NCBI GenBank assembly: GCA_031459915.1
Contig: JAVKHO010000016.1
Location: 9,851-73,850 of the forward strand
Origin: Candidatus Tepidifontimicrobium thermophilum
GTDB taxonomy: Bacteria; Sysuimicrobiota; Sysuimicrobiia; Sysuimicrobiales; Sysuimicrobiaceae
Direction: 5' to 3'
Length of the DNA stretch: 64,000 nucleotides
Shown here: one piece after another, positions 27,723 to 38,614 of the stretch
Position numbering within the stretch: position 1 is the stretch's first letter
Layout: every line of letters begins with the position of its first letter
Translations under genes and position numbers: made by a program
Notes under the pieces: generated by a model
What the model was told of the DNA's origin: nothing
The model's input: only the letters and a program-made list of their open reading frames with translations
Databases searched by the model: none

Positions 27723-29789
27723 TCAGCGCGCCCGCACAGAGCTCCGAGGGCCTGAAGCCGCCGGCTCCGCGGCCGAGTCCGACCCCACAGGGCCGCCCAC
27801 CCGCAGGGTCTGTGGCAACCGGCGGAGCAGCCAGCTCAAAAGCAGGTAGAGGACGGCGCCGAGGACGCTACCCAGCACAAGGCCGTTCGCGGTCCTCCAA
27901 ACCGTGTACAGCAGGGGGGTGTGCAGGTGGGAGAAGGAGTTTACCAGGCCGGCCTGGCCCACCGCCGCCAGCACCAGCAGCGGCAACGTCCAGCTGCGGA
28001 GGCCCAGGGCACCGGAAGCCAGGGCCAGCACGAGGGCCGGGTGCCCGAGCAGATACTCCTTGGTGCGGGGCCTCGCCACCAGCGCGCGCTCCAGGGCATC
28101 CCGCAGGCGCTCCTCCACGGACGGCACGGGGATCCCCGTGTTCCCGGTGCGGAGAACCAGCAGCAGCGCCACGCCAGCCACCGACGCTACCGCCACCGCG
28201 CTGCCCAGGGTGACGGGCCTGGCGAGCCACCGGGACAGCTCGCCGGCCGCACTTCGCGCGGTGAGCCCCCGGTGCTGCCAGGCGAACCACACTCCCGCCA
28301 CCAGCGCCGCGGGCACCACGGTGGCCAGCTTCACCCCGAAGAACACGTCCGCAGCCAGCCGGAAGGGCCAGTCCGCCAGAAGAGCGGCCACCACCACGCC
28401 GCCAGCCATGGAGACGGCGCTGGCTGTCCACAACCCCACGAGGGCAGCGCCTAGCCCGACCCGACGCGACCCAGACAGGTCGGCCACGTGCAGGAGGGCC
28501 AGGGTGGGGAACGCCACCGCGGCAATCAGCGCCCCCAACTTGTTCACCCACGCACCCAGCCCGGCCGCTTGAACCCCCGCCGCCGCCAGCAGAGCCGCCA
28601 CGACCGCTAACAGGGCCGTGCTCTGGGGGGATGGCACGCCGGCGGCGTGTGCCACCTCCACTCCCAGCAAGGCCCCGGAGGCCGCCGCGGCCACCAGTGC
28701 GGCCCACCGGAGGACCTCCGGCACCGCCAGCTCGGGCAGAGGTGCCGCGGGCCCCAGCTGGAAGCCTGCCGCCCGTACCGCGGAAGCCACCCGTTCCACG
28801 TAGTCCAGGTTGAACGCGACCGCGTCCACCCCGCCCGGGGTCTGCAGGTACGGTCGGAGGTAGACCACCCTCAGGTTGCGCTCCCGCACCCCCCGGGCGA
28901 AACGCTCCACCGCGTCCTCCGGAGCCAGCCGCTCCAGCTCCTCCGGTGGGATGCTGACCACGCGGACCACACCGGGCCGCATGGAACGCGTCATCGCCTC
29001 CTCGCCCCGCATCCGGCGCGCGGGCACGAGAACCTCCACCCGGCCGTACACCACCCCCAGGGACCGCAGGGCGCGGGCGGCTTCCTCCACGAGCCGCTCG
29101 TAGCCCAGGACCTCATTCAGGTCGAACACCGCGGTACGGCCCCGAGCCAGCTCCCCGTACCCCGCCACGCGCTCGGCGAGGCGCTCGGGGGTGAAGCTCC
29201 GGACGTTGCGGGGTCTCAGGACCACCCGGAAGCCCAGAGTTTCCCACCCCGCGACCACGGACGGCAGGAACCCCAGCCCGGTTTCCTCTAGGTCCCTGGG
29301 CCGTCCCAGGACCCGCAGCACCAGGGGTTCCCGGAGCACCACCGCCACCCGCTCCGGCCCCAGGGCCGTGCGGAAGCCGAACTCCACCTGCCGGGCCACC
29401 TCAGGATCTCCTGGAAACACGTACAGGGCCTGCGGCTGTGCGGAGGCGGCCAGCCCGCGCAGGGCTGGCGCGAGGACGCTGGTACGGGCCAGGTCGCGCA
29501 GCTCTGCGCCCGAGCGGTACGTCAGCCGCCCTTCCTCCTGCAGCCGCCGCAGGGTGGCCTCGTACACCGCCACCGACCCCGCGCCCCGGGCCCGCAGCGC
29601 CTCCCACAGCTGGGCGCCCCTCCGTCCCTCCCGCTGGGCCAGAAGCCGCCAGTCCTCGGAGTCCACCACCAGCTCCACCGTGCGGTACTCTGACTCCACC
29701 CGGTGGCGCTGCCAGCCGACAGCCGCCGAGGCAGCCACCCCCAACGCTGCCAGGGCCACCAGCCACGGGGATCTGCTCGATGCCCGCAC
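27723..29789 (-). CDS. DUF5693-like membrane protein (csaB-associated)
   Basis: ERNLR, FFGVK, RTGN, RPRTKEYLLGHP, NSFSHLHTP; multi-TM C-terminal half. Confidence 0.8.
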   Translation of the reverse strand: MRASSRSPWLVALAALGVAASAAVGWQRHRVESEYRTVELVVDSEDWRLLAQREGRRGAQLWEALRARGAGSVAVYEATLRRLQEEGRLTYRSGAELRDLARTSVLAPALRGLAASAQPQALYVFPGDPEVARQVEFGFRTALGPERVAVVLREPLVLRVLGRPRDLEETGLGFLPSVVAGWETLGFRVVLRPRNVRSFTPERLAERVAGYGELARGRTAVFDLNEVLGYERLVEEAARALRSLGVVYGRVEVLVPARRMRGEEAMTRSMRPGVVRVVSIPPEELERLAPEDAVERFARGVRERNLRVVYLRPYLQTPGGVDAVAFNLDYVERVASAVRAAGFQLGPAAPLPELAVPEVLRWAALVAAAASGALLGVEVAHAAGVPSPQSTALLAVVAALLAAAGVQAAGLGAWVNKLGALIAAVAFPTLALLHVADLSGSRRVGLGAALVGLWTASAVSMAGGVVVAALLADWPFRLAADVFFGVKLATVVPAALVAGVWFAWQHRGLTARSAAGELSRWLARPVTLGSAVAVASVAGVALLLVLRTGNTGIPVPSVEERLRDALERALVARPRTKEYLLGHPALVLALASGALGLRSWTLPLLVLAAVGQAGLVNSFSHLHTPLLYTVWRTANGLVLGSVLGAVLYLLLSWLLRRLPQTLRVGGPVGSDSAAEPAASGPRSSVRAR

Positions 29790-29834
29790 GGGAGCTCGGT
29801 TAGGCCACAGGTCCGCGTCTCACGGAGGGCCCTC

Positions 29835-30957
29835 CTACCCCCTCCGGGAGCCCGCGGCTCCGGACTCCTGCTCGGCCCGCTGTCGCAGGTACGCGTAGAT
29901 GAACGGGTCCAGCTCCCCCTCCAGCACCGCCTCTGCGTTGCCCGTCTCCTGCCCGGTCCGGTGGTCCTTGACCAGCGTGTACGGCTGCAACACGTACGAG
30001 CGGATCTGGTTGCCCCACGCGGCTTCCCGGTGCTCGCCCCGCAGGGTCCGGAGTTTCTCTTCCTGCTCACGCCGCCGGAGCTCGTACAGCCGGGCAGCCA
30101 GGATCCTCAGGGCGTTCTCCCGGTTGGCGTGCTGGCTGCGCTCGTTCTGACACTGCACCACGAGACCGGTGGGCAGGTGCGTGATCCGCACCGCGGTCTC
30201 CACCTTGTTCACGTTCTGGCCGCCCGCCCCTCCACTCCGGAAGGTCTCCACCCTGAGTTCCTCAGGCCGGATCTGGACCGCCACGGGCTCCACCTCAGGC
30301 AGCACCTCCACCAGGGCGAAAGAGGTGTGACGGCGGTGGGCGGCGTCGAAGGGGGAGATGCGGACCAGCCGGTGGGTCCCGCCCTCGCCCTTGAGGTAGC
30401 CGTACGCGTAGGGACCGCGGACCAGCACGGTGGCGCTCTTGATGCCCGCCTCCTCCCCGGGCGAGACGTCCAGGACCTCTGCGGCGTAACCGCGACGTTC
30501 GGCCCAGCGCAGGTACATGCGCAGCAGCATTTCCGCCCAGTCCTGGGCGTCCACCCCCCCCGCGCCCGCGTGCACGGAGAGGAGCGCGTTGCGGGCGTCG
30601 TGCTCGCCGCTCAGGAGGGTCTCCAGCTCCAGGCGGTCCAGCCGGTCGTGCAGGTCCCGGGCCTCCTGCTCCAGCAGCTGCAGCTCCTCGGGTTCCGTGG
30701 GCGCCAGCTGCAGCCACTCCCGCAGGTCCAAAAGCCCCCGGCGCACCGCGCGCAGGGTCTCCAGCCGCTCCCGGAGGGCCTCAAGTTCCTGGTGCACCTG
30801 CCGGGCCCGGTCAGGCTCCTGCCAGAGGGCGGGGTCCTGAACCTGCCGCTCTAGCTCGGCAAGCCGCGCCTGCCGCTCGGGCGCGTCAAAGATACCTCCC
30901 GACGTCCTCTACCCGCCGGAGGTCTTCCTCCACCTGAATCCGCAGTCGGTCGATCAC
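29835..30957 (-). CDS. prfB: Peptide chain release factor 2, +1 programmed frameshift
   Basis: 23-codon first frame (GTG 30957) ending GGGAGG-TAT-CTT-TGA-C; the second frame carries the SPF and GGQ motifs. Confidence 0.96.
30885..30900 (-). promoter_or_regulatory. RF2 autoregulatory frameshift site
   Basis: Internal SD GGGAGG, then TAT CTT TGA C. Confidence 0.95.
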
Positions 30958-31031
30958 GGCGCTTCCCTTTTCGGTCGTCTTCCTAAGCCACTGTAGCACG
31001 CCACGGAGGCGGGTTGCAGCCGGGGCGCGGC

Positions 31032-33704
31032 TCAGGAGGTGCGCCCGCAGCACTTCTTGTACTTCTTCCCGCTGCCGCACGGGCAGGGGTCGTTGCGCCC
31101 CACCTTGACTCCCACCGTCACGGGCTGGGGCCTGCCTTCCGCGGGCGGCTGCGCCTGCGCGGCCTCCCGCAGGGCTGCCGACCCCAGGGCGGTGGCCTCC
31201 TCGGGACCACGCTGGGCGGTGACCCGCGCTACCGGCCGCACGGCCTGCGGCACCTCCCGCTCCACCCGCACCCGGAACAGGTCCCTTACGGTGTCGCGCT
31301 GGATGGCGTGCAGCATCTCCTGGAACAGCTCGTACGCCTCCCTCTGGTACTCCAGCAGAGGGCTGGTCTGGCCGTACGCACGGAGCCCGATGCCCTCCCG
31401 CAGCTCGTCCATGGCGTAGAGGTGGTCGACCCACTTGCGGTCGATGTGCGACAGGAGGACGATGCGCTCCACCTCCCGAAGGACGTCTGGGCCCACCTCC
31501 TCCTCCTTCCCCTCGTACGCCCGGAGGGCGGCGCTGGTGAGCTCCTCCGCCACCTGTTCAGGGGTCTTGTCCGCTAGGCTGTCTGCGGAGATGGCCAGCA
31601 CCTCGGGTGCGGGGACGAGCTGGGCCACCTCCCCCAGCAACCCTTCCAGGTCCCACTCCTCCCTAGGCGCCTGGGCCGGGCAGTAGGCGTCCACCAGGGA
31701 CCGGACCTGGCGCTCGATCATGTCCAGCACGTTCTCCCTCAGGTCCCGGCCCTCGAGGACCTTCCGCCGCTCCCCGTACAGGGTCTTGCGCTGGACGTTC
31801 ATCACGTCGTCGTACTCCAGCACGTGCTTGCGGAGGTCGAAGTGGTACTGCTCCACCCGCTTCTGCGCCCCCTCGATCTGCCGGGTGAGGAGGGGGCTCT
31901 CGATGGGGGTGTCCTCGTCGATCCGCAGCCGGTCCATCAGGGCGGCGATCCGCTCGCCTGCGAACAGGCGCAGCAGCTCGTCCTCCAGGGACAGGAAGAA
32001 CCGCGAGGACCCCGGGTCGCCCTGGCGGCCCGCGCGGCCGCGCAGCTGGTTGTCGATCCGCCGCGCCTCGTGGCGCTCCGTACCGACCACGTGCAGCCCG
32101 CCCAGCCGCCGGACCCGTTCCGCCTCCTCCGGGTCCGGTGGGTTGCCGCCCAGGAGGATGTCCACCCCCCGGCCCGCCATGTTGGTGGCGATGGTCACGG
32201 CGCCGAGCCGGCCTGCCTGGGCGATGATCTGGGCCTCCCGCTCGTGGTGCTTGGCGTTCAGCACCTGGTGCGGGATCCCCTCCCGGCGGAGCATCTCCGA
32301 CAGCATCTCGCTCTTCTCGATGGACCGGGTCCCCACCAGCACCGGCTGGCCCCGCTCGTGGCAGCGCTTGATCTCCTCTACCACCGCCCGCCACTTGGCC
32401 CGTTCCGTCTTGAACACCACGTCTGGGTAGTCCTTGCGGATCATGGGCTTGTGGGTGGGGATCACCACCACCTCCAGCCCGTAGATCTTCCGGAGCTCCT
32501 CCTCCTCCGTCTTGGCGGTCCCCGTCATGCCCGCCAGCTTCTCGTACATCCGGAAGTAGTTCTGGAAGGTGATGGACGCAAGGGTCTGCGTCTCCCGTTC
32601 GATGCGGACGCCCTCCTTGGCCTCGATGGCCTGGTGCAGCCCGTCCGAGTACCGGCGGCCGAACATCAACCGACCCGTGAACTCGTCTACCAGGATGACC
32701 TGGCCGTCCTTCACCACGTAGTCCACGTCCCGGTGGTAGCAGGTCAGGGCCCGCAGGGCCTGCTGCACGTGGTGGAGGGCGTCCGCGTTGGCGGGGTCCG
32801 CCAGATTGTCGATCCCCAACAGGCGCTCCACCTTCCGCACGCCCTCGTCGGTCAGGAAGGCGTTCTTGGCCTTCTCGTCCACCGTGTAGTCCACGCCAGC
32901 CTGGAGCCGGCGGACCAGCCGGGCGAACTCGTAGTACTTGCGGGTGGACTCCTCCACCTGCCCGGAGATGATGAGGGGGGTGCGGGCCTCGTCGATCAGG
33001 ATGAAGTCCACCTCGTCCACGATGGCGTAGTACAGCTCGCGCTGCACCACATCCTCGAGGCGCAGGGCCATGTTGTCCCGCAGGTAGTCAAACCCGAACT
33101 CGTTGTTGGTCCCGTAGGTGATGTCCGCCCGGTAGGCCTCCCGCCGCGGGACGGGCCGGAAGTGGTTCAACCGGTCGTCCGCGTGGGGTTTCGGGTCCTG
33201 GTAGGCGGGGTCGTACAGGCCCGCGAACTCGTGGCAGATGACCCCCACGGACACCCCCAGGGCGTGGTAGATGGGGCCCATCCAGCCCGCGCCCACCCGG
33301 GAGAGGTAGTCGTTGGGGGTCACCAGGTGACAGCCGCGACCCAGCAGGGCGTTCAGGTACAGGGGGAGGGTGGCCACCAGGGTCTTGCCCTCCCCGGTCT
33401 TCATCTCCGCAATCTTCCCCTCGTGGAGGACCACCCCGCCGATGATCTGCACGTCGAAGTGGCGGAGCCCCAGGGTGCGCTTGCTGGCCTCCCGGACCGC
33501 GGCGAAGGCCTCGGGGAGCAGGTTGTCCAGGGTCTCCCCCTCCCGCAGGCGACGGCGGAACTCCTCCGTCTTCGCCCGCAGGGCCTCGTCCGACAGCCGC
33601 TCGAACTGGGGCTCGAGGGCGTTCACCCGCTCCACCACGGGCAGGTACCGGCGCCACGCACGGTCCTCCCCGCGGCCGAGCAACTTCTCCAGGACCTTCA
33701 GCAT
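31032..33704 (-). CDS. secA: Preprotein translocase ATPase SecA
   Basis: [29 protein letters not shown] motif [13 protein letters not shown]. Confidence 0.97.
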   Translation of the reverse strand: MLKVLEKLLGRGEDRAWRRYLPVVERVNALEPQFERLSDEALRAKTEEFRRRLREGETLDNLLPEAFAAVREASKRTLGLRHFDVQIIGGVVLHEGKIAEMKTGEGKTLVATLPLYLNALLGRGCHLVTPNDYLSRVGAGWMGPIYHALGVSVGVICHEFAGLYDPAYQDPKPHADDRLNHFRPVPRREAYRADITYGTNNEFGFDYLRDNMALRLEDVVQRELYYAIVDEVDFILIDEARTPLIISGQVEESTRKYYEFARLVRRLQAGVDYTVDEKAKNAFLTDEGVRKVERLLGIDNLADPANADALHHVQQALRALTCYHRDVDYVVKDGQVILVDEFTGRLMFGRRYSDGLHQAIEAKEGVRIERETQTLASITFQNYFRMYEKLAGMTGTAKTEEEELRKIYGLEVVVIPTHKPMIRKDYPDVVFKTERAKWRAVVEEIKRCHERGQPVLVGTRSIEKSEMLSEMLRREGIPHQVLNAKHHEREAQIIAQAGRLGAVTIATNMAGRGVDILLGGNPPDPEEAERVRRLGGLHVVGTERHEARRIDNQLRGRAGRQGDPGSSRFFLSLEDELLRLFAGERIAALMDRLRIDEDTPIESPLLTRQIEGAQKRVEQYHFDLRKHVLEYDDVMNVQRKTLYGERRKVLEGRDLRENVLDMIERQVRSLVDAYCPAQAPREEWDLEGLLGEVAQLVPAPEVLAISADSLADKTPEQVAEELTSAALRAYEGKEEEVGPDVLREVERIVLLSHIDRKWVDHLYAMDELREGIGLRAYGQTSPLLEYQREAYELFQEMLHAIQRDTVRDLFRVRVEREVPQAVRPVARVTAQRGPEEATALGSAALREAAQAQPPAEGRPQPVTVGVKVGRNDPCPCGSGKKYKKCCGRTS

Positions 33705-33733
33705 CGCGCCTCCGGCGGCGGTGGACTCCACCC

Positions 33734-33739
33734 ATTATA
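33734..33739 (-). promoter_or_regulatory. -10 box upstream of secA
   Basis: Perfect TATAAT in GC-rich intergenic DNA, 30 nt before the ATG. Confidence 0.55.
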
Positions 33740-33766
33740 ACCGGGGCCCGCCGCGCGCCTTTCCCT

Positions 33767-34777
33767 TCAGCGGATCGCGACCGGGCGGCCTTCGGGGACC
33801 ACGCTCACCCAGACCGGCCCCGGCAGGATCAGGCCGCGCCCCTGCAGGTCCGTGAATGCTGTGGGCGCAAGGTCCGAGGACTTGTGCCACCGCACGGGGA
33901 CCACCACGCCCCCGGTCAGCACGAACCCCTCGCCGCTACCCACCATCCCCACCTCGGACACGTCCACTCTCCCGGCCCGCCAGCCCCGCCACCGCGCGTA
34001 CTGTACCACCACCGTGCGCACCCGCAGGGGCCGGCCCGAGTCGTCCAACTGCAGCCGGCCGGCCACCCACCGCTCGTACGCCCCGTCCCGGTAGACGAAG
34101 CGGACCTCGAACCCGGGCGGGTAGGGCAGGGCCACCTCCGCCGCCGCATGCCCCTCAGGCAACCGGTACTCGAGGCGTTCCGGGGGCACCCGGGTCGCTG
34201 GCTGGCGGTCCCAGCCCAGGCGGCGCACGGCCTCCCGCAACCGCGGGAGCGACGCGTACAGGTTGTGGGGCATGCGCCGGGACCGGTCGCGCCAGTACGG
34301 CCAGGGGATGGAGAACTCGTTGAGGACGGGGACGGGCCCCGTGCGGATGTACCGGTAGGCGGGCTCGCTGGCGCCCGCGTGGGCCACCACCGCTCCCAGC
34401 TCCGCGGCCACCTGCAGGAAGGCGGGCCGCACGCTGCGTACGGGCCCCACGCGTTCCGGGCCCGCGTCCGCGAACACCGCCATCAGGCGCGGGAACCGGG
34501 CCTCGATGGGGATTTCGTAGACCAGGCAGGCGCTGGCCAGCCCGCTTTGGGGTCGCGCCCGCGGGTCGTGATCCACCATCACCGCCAGCAACCGCGTGTA
34601 CCCCTCCTCCGCCGCGCACCCGCTGCCCAAAAACCCGGAGAACGCCACCCCAGGGTGCAGGCTTTCCAGCAGCCGAGGCGGAGGCAGGTCCAGTCGGGGC
34701 AGGCGCCGCAGGTCCGGCCCGCGCGCGCACGCCGCCAGGATCCCGACCGCCGCCAGCACCAGACAGGTCCGCCGCAC
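33767..34777 (-). CDS. DUF3048 (YerB-like) lipoprotein
   Basis: Lipobox LAAC; ARPQSGL, VYE, GPVRSVR, PHNLY. Confidence 0.82.
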   Translation of the reverse strand: MRRTCLVLAAVGILAACARGPDLRRLPRLDLPPPRLLESLHPGVAFSGFLGSGCAAEEGYTRLLAVMVDHDPRARPQSGLASACLVYEIPIEARFPRLMAVFADAGPERVGPVRSVRPAFLQVAAELGAVVAHAGASEPAYRYIRTGPVPVLNEFSIPWPYWRDRSRRMPHNLYASLPRLREAVRRLGWDRQPATRVPPERLEYRLPEGHAAAEVALPYPPGFEVRFVYRDGAYERWVAGRLQLDDSGRPLRVRTVVVQYARWRGWRAGRVDVSEVGMVGSGEGFVLTGGVVVPVRWHKSSDLAPTAFTDLQGRGLILPGPVWVSVVPEGRPVAIR

Positions 34778-34779
34778 CG

Positions 34780-35340
34780 CTACTCGGCCTCGATGACGCC
34801 GTAGTCGCCGTCCTTCCTCCGGTACAGGACGCAGATGCGGCCGGTGTCCGCGTCCCGGTACACGAAGAAGTCGTGGCCCAGCAGCTCCATCTGCAGGACA
34901 GCGTCCTCCTCCGTCATGGGCTTCATGGGGAAGCGCTTGCGGCGCACCACCCGGGGCGACAGCGGCTCCGGTTCCTGCTGCGCGGCGGCCTCCGCCCGCG
35001 CGCGCTGTACCGTCCGCTGCCGCCGCTCGTCCAACCGGCGCTTCCGGATCAGCCGGCTGCGGTGCCTGGCGATCTGCTTCTCCAGCTTGTCCACGATACG
35101 GTCCACGGAAGCGTACGGGTCTGCGGCGGCCTCCTCGCCCCGCAGCACGAACCCGTCTCCCCACACCGTGACCTCCACCACCTGCGCCCTCCCCACCGGC
35201 CGGCGCCGCTCCTCCCGCATCACCACCTTCGCCTCCTGGAGGTGGTTGAAGTGCCGGCTCAAGCGCTGCAGCTTCTGGGCCACGTACGCCCGGATCCCCT
35301 CCGCCACCTCCACGTTGGCGCCGGTCACCACGATGTTCAC
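34780..35340 (-). CDS. hpf: Ribosome hibernation promoting factor (long HPF)
   Basis: YASVDRIVDKLEKQ; C-terminal KPMTEEDAVLQMELLGHDFFVY...YRRKDGDYG. Confidence 0.95.
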   Translation of the reverse strand: MNIVVTGANVEVAEGIRAYVAQKLQRLSRHFNHLQEAKVVMREERRRPVGRAQVVEVTVWGDGFVLRGEEAAADPYASVDRIVDKLEKQIARHRSRLIRKRRLDERRQRTVQRARAEAAAQQEPEPLSPRVVRRKRFPMKPMTEEDAVLQMELLGHDFFVYRDADTGRICVLYRRKDGDYGVIEAE

Positions 35341-35349
35341 GGCTCCCTC

Positions 35350-36156
35350 CTACGGCGTAAAGGCTCCCCAGCCCGGAGCGCGGGTCACCCGTTCCAGCAG
35401 CCGGACGCCCGCGGACCCCGCCAGGGTCATACACAGGTAGAGCAGGGCCACGGCGTTGTACGTCTCGAAGGACCGGAAGGTCCGCGCTACGTTCAGGTTG
35501 CCCGAGTACGTGAGCTCCGTGACGGAGATCACGGAGGCCAGGGACGAGTCCTTCAGCAGTGCCACGAAGTCGTTCCCCAGGGGCGGCAGGACGATGCGTA
35601 GGGCCTGGGGCAACACCACGTGCCGGAGGGTCTGGGCCCGCGACAGCCCCAGGGAGAAAGCCGCCTCCACTTGCCCCCGCGGGATCGCTTCGATGCCCGC
35701 CCGGTACACCTCGGCCAGGTAGGCGCCATAGCCGATCCCCAGCCCCATCACCGCCCGCACCACGTTATCCCGCCACCACCGCACGCCGGTCACGTCCGCC
35801 AGCCACGGCGTCACCACGAAGGCGATGTAGAGGAGCAGCACCAGCAGGGGCACCCCCCGCACGACCTCCACGTACAGCACGGCCACGGTCCGCAGGAGGG
35901 CCGACCGCGACAGCCGGAGGAGGGCGGCCACTAGGCCCGCCACGAGCGCCACCGCGAAGGAGGCCACGGTGAGGAACAGCGTGGTGGACACCCCCGCGGC
36001 GAGGAAGCGCAGGGTCTCCCGGTAGACCTCCGAGCCCGCCAGGCGCGCCACGACCACCAGCCCCGCGGCCACCAGGACCAGAACCCACGGCGGCACGCGG
36101 TCCAACGGGATCGGGAGGGCGCGGCCGTTGGCCGTCCCGGGGGGCACCGGGCTCAC
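35350..36156 (-). CDS. Polar amino acid ABC permease
   Basis: YVEVVRGVPLLV, AYLAEVYRAG, GQVEAAFSLG, LLKDSSL. Confidence 0.93.
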   Translation of the reverse strand: MSPVPPGTANGRALPIPLDRVPPWVLVLVAAGLVVVARLAGSEVYRETLRFLAAGVSTTLFLTVASFAVALVAGLVAALLRLSRSALLRTVAVLYVEVVRGVPLLVLLLYIAFVVTPWLADVTGVRWWRDNVVRAVMGLGIGYGAYLAEVYRAGIEAIPRGQVEAAFSLGLSRAQTLRHVVLPQALRIVLPPLGNDFVALLKDSSLASVISVTELTYSGNLNVARTFRSFETYNAVALLYLCMTLAGSAGVRLLERVTRAPGWGAFTP

Positions 36157-36160
36157 GCCC

Positions 36161-36985
36161 CTACTGGGTCGGCTTCCACTCCTCGAACCACTTGCGGTAC
36201 AGGCGATCCAGGGTGCCGTCCTCCTTCAAGGCCCGCAGTGCAGCGTTGAAGGCGTCCCGCAGCTCCGCGTTGCCCTCCCGCACCACAATCCCCAACTGCT
36301 CCTCGGTCAGCTTCTCGCCCACCGTCTTGAGCTTGCCCGGGTGCTGCGCCATGAACCCCAGGCCCGCCACGCTGTCGATAATCACCGCGTCCACGTCCCG
36401 GTTCAGGAGGGCGGCTACGGCCAGGTCGAAGGTGCGGTAGCGCTTCACCTCCCGGATCCTACCGTCCTTGTGCAGCTTGCTGGCCAGCTCGTCGTTGGTC
36501 GTGCCGAGCTGCACCGCCACCGTCTTGTCCGTGAGGTCCTGCGCTCCCTGGATCCGGGTCTCGTCGGCCCGGACCAGCACCACCTGGCCCACCGTGATGT
36601 ACGGCTCGGTGAAATCCACCTGCTTTTCCCGCTCCTCCGTGATGGTGATGCCGGAGATGGCCACGTCGTAATCTCCCTGCTGGACGCCCGGGAGGATCCC
36701 CTCCCACGCCACGCTGCGGATCTCCGGCTTGCAGTTCACACGCCGGCAGATCTCCTGGATCAGATCCACGTCGTAGCCCACGATGTTCTTGTCCTTGTCC
36801 AGCATCTCGAAGGGCGGGTACGTGGCGTCGGTGGCGACCCGCAAGGTCCGGCCCCCCAGGTCGGGCAGGCCGGCTGCCTGCGGGGACGCTGCCGGGGTGG
36901 CCCGACCGCCCGTGCGGGGAGCGCACCCACCGACCCAGAAGGCCACCGCCACCACTAGCGCCCAACGGACGAATCCCCGGCTCAT
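36161..36985 (-). CDS. Polar amino acid ABC substrate-binding lipoprotein
   Basis: Lipobox VGGC; DATYPPFE, GYDVDL, ITITEER. Confidence 0.93.
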   Translation of the reverse strand: MSRGFVRWALVVAVAFWVGGCAPRTGGRATPAASPQAAGLPDLGGRTLRVATDATYPPFEMLDKDKNIVGYDVDLIQEICRRVNCKPEIRSVAWEGILPGVQQGDYDVAISGITITEEREKQVDFTEPYITVGQVVLVRADETRIQGAQDLTDKTVAVQLGTTNDELASKLHKDGRIREVKRYRTFDLAVAALLNRDVDAVIIDSVAGLGFMAQHPGKLKTVGEKLTEEQLGIVVREGNAELRDAFNAALRALKEDGTLDRLYRKWFEEWKPTQ

Positions 36986-37081
36986 GACTCCCCTCCTTCA
37001 CACGACTGCCGCCTGTGCGTGGTGGGTTCGGCCCTGGAGCCCGCGCCTCCTGCGCCGCCCGTCCTACAATCCGGTCAGAGG

Positions 37082-37618
37082 ATGCCGCCCTCGCCGTGGC
37101 CCTTCGCCGCACATCTCCCGGAGGTGGTGGAGGTCAAGCGCCGTCCGGACGGAACGTCCGTGCGGTTCTTCTGCCGGCTGGTGCAGCGCAGGCCGGGGAC
37201 CGCGGTCCTGCTGTACGTGCTGGGGGAGCCCTGGACCGTGGCGGACCTGCGCCTGCCCGCGGGTTCGGCCACCTTCGCGTACTACTGGACCACCCGCTGG
37301 TACAACGTGTACCACTGGCTGGCGCCCGGCGGAGCCAGCCTCGGGCACTACGTGAACGTGGCGACCCCCGCGCGGCTGAGCCGGGACGAGGTGGAGTGGG
37401 TCGACCTGGGGGTGGACGTGCTGGGGGTCCCAGGCAGGGCCCCTCGGGTCCTGGACGGGGACGAACTGGACCGCCTTCCCGCTTGGCTGCACCTCCCAGC
37501 CCGCCGGTCCCTGGACCGGGTCCTGCGGAGGTGGCCCCTGCTCGTGGACGCCGTGGAACGCAGGACCCGCAGGCTCCTGGCCCGGCTCACCCGAGGCGGT
37601 CCAACACCTCCGGGTTGA
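37082..37618 (+). CDS. DUF402-like protein
   Basis: [31 protein letters not shown] at 37065-37070. Confidence 0.78.
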   Translation: MPPSPWPFAAHLPEVVEVKRRPDGTSVRFFCRLVQRRPGTAVLLYVLGEPWTVADLRLPAGSATFAYYWTTRWYNVYHWLAPGGASLGHYVNVATPARLSRDEVEWVDLGVDVLGVPGRAPRVLDGDELDRLPAWLHLPARRSLDRVLRRWPLLVDAVERRTRRLLARLTRGGPTPPG

Positions 37619-38576
37619 CCGGGTTCGGCGGCCGGCGCCCGGACAGCACGGCCACGCAGTTCTCCGCGGCCATCTCCGACATCCGGGCGCGGGTGGCGAA
37701 GCTGGCGCTGCCGATGTGGGGGAGCAGCACCACATTGTCCAGGGACAAAAGCGGCGAGTCCGGGGGCAGCGGCTCGCGGTCAAAGACGTCCAAGCCCGCG
37801 GCCCAGATCCACCCTTCCCGGAGGGCGTCCACGAGGGCGGCCTCGTCCACCACCGCCCCGCGACAGGTGTTGACCAGCACCGCGGTGGGCTTCATGCGAC
37901 GCAGCCGCTCCCGGTTGATGAGGCCGTGCGTCTCGGGCGTGAGGGGCGTGTGCAGGCTCACGAAGTCCGACTCCGCCAGCAGGTCGTCCAGCTCGCGCCA
38001 CCGCACGCCCAGCTCCCGTTCCGCATCCTCGTGCCGCCGGCGGCTGGTGTACAGGACCCGCATGCCGAAGCCTAACGCCCGCCGCGCCACCGCCCGGCCG
38101 ATCCTCCCGAGCCCCACGACCCCCAGGGTGCGGCCGTAGACGTCCTGGCCCAGCATGAGCTCCAGCCCCCAGGAACGCCACCGTCCGGCCCGGGTGAACC
38201 GGTCGCCCTCAGCCACCCGCCGGGCGGCCGCCAGCAGCAGCGCCCAAGCCAGGTCTGCGGTGGTCTCCGTGAGCACGTCCGGGGTGTTGGTGACCACGAC
38301 CCCCCGACGGGTGGCTGCGGCGACGTCCACGTTGTCGTAGCCCACGGCCACGTTGCTCACCACCCGGAGCCGGGGAGCTGCGGCCAGCAGCGTCTCGTCC
38401 ACCCGATCCGTGACCAGGGTCACCAGCCCGTCTGCCTCTCGGGCCTCGGCCACCAGCACGTCACGGGGCGGCGGCGCCTCCGGGTCCGGCCAGACCCGGA
38501 CATCGCACCGCTCCTCCAGGATCCCCATGGCACGGCCCAAGAGGGGCCGGCACACGTACACACGCGGTCTGCTCAC
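37587..38576 (-). CDS. D-2-hydroxyacid dehydrogenase (glyoxylate reductase / D-glycerate dehydrogenase)
   Basis: [40 protein letters not shown]. Confidence 0.92.
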   Translation of the reverse strand: MSRPRVYVCRPLLGRAMGILEERCDVRVWPDPEAPPPRDVLVAEAREADGLVTLVTDRVDETLLAAAPRLRVVSNVAVGYDNVDVAAATRRGVVVTNTPDVLTETTADLAWALLLAAARRVAEGDRFTRAGRWRSWGLELMLGQDVYGRTLGVVGLGRIGRAVARRALGFGMRVLYTSRRRHEDAERELGVRWRELDDLLAESDFVSLHTPLTPETHGLINRERLRRMKPTAVLVNTCRGAVVDEAALVDALREGWIWAAGLDVFDREPLPPDSPLLSLDNVVLLPHIGSASFATRARMSEMAAENCVAVLSGRRPPNPVNPEVLDRLG

Positions 38577-38614
38577 TCTGGCCTCCCGGTACAATGACTC
38601 CAAGGGGGTGTACG

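Noticed and set aside
29835..30957. prfB pseudogene
   Set aside because: The internal stop is the canonical programmed frameshift.
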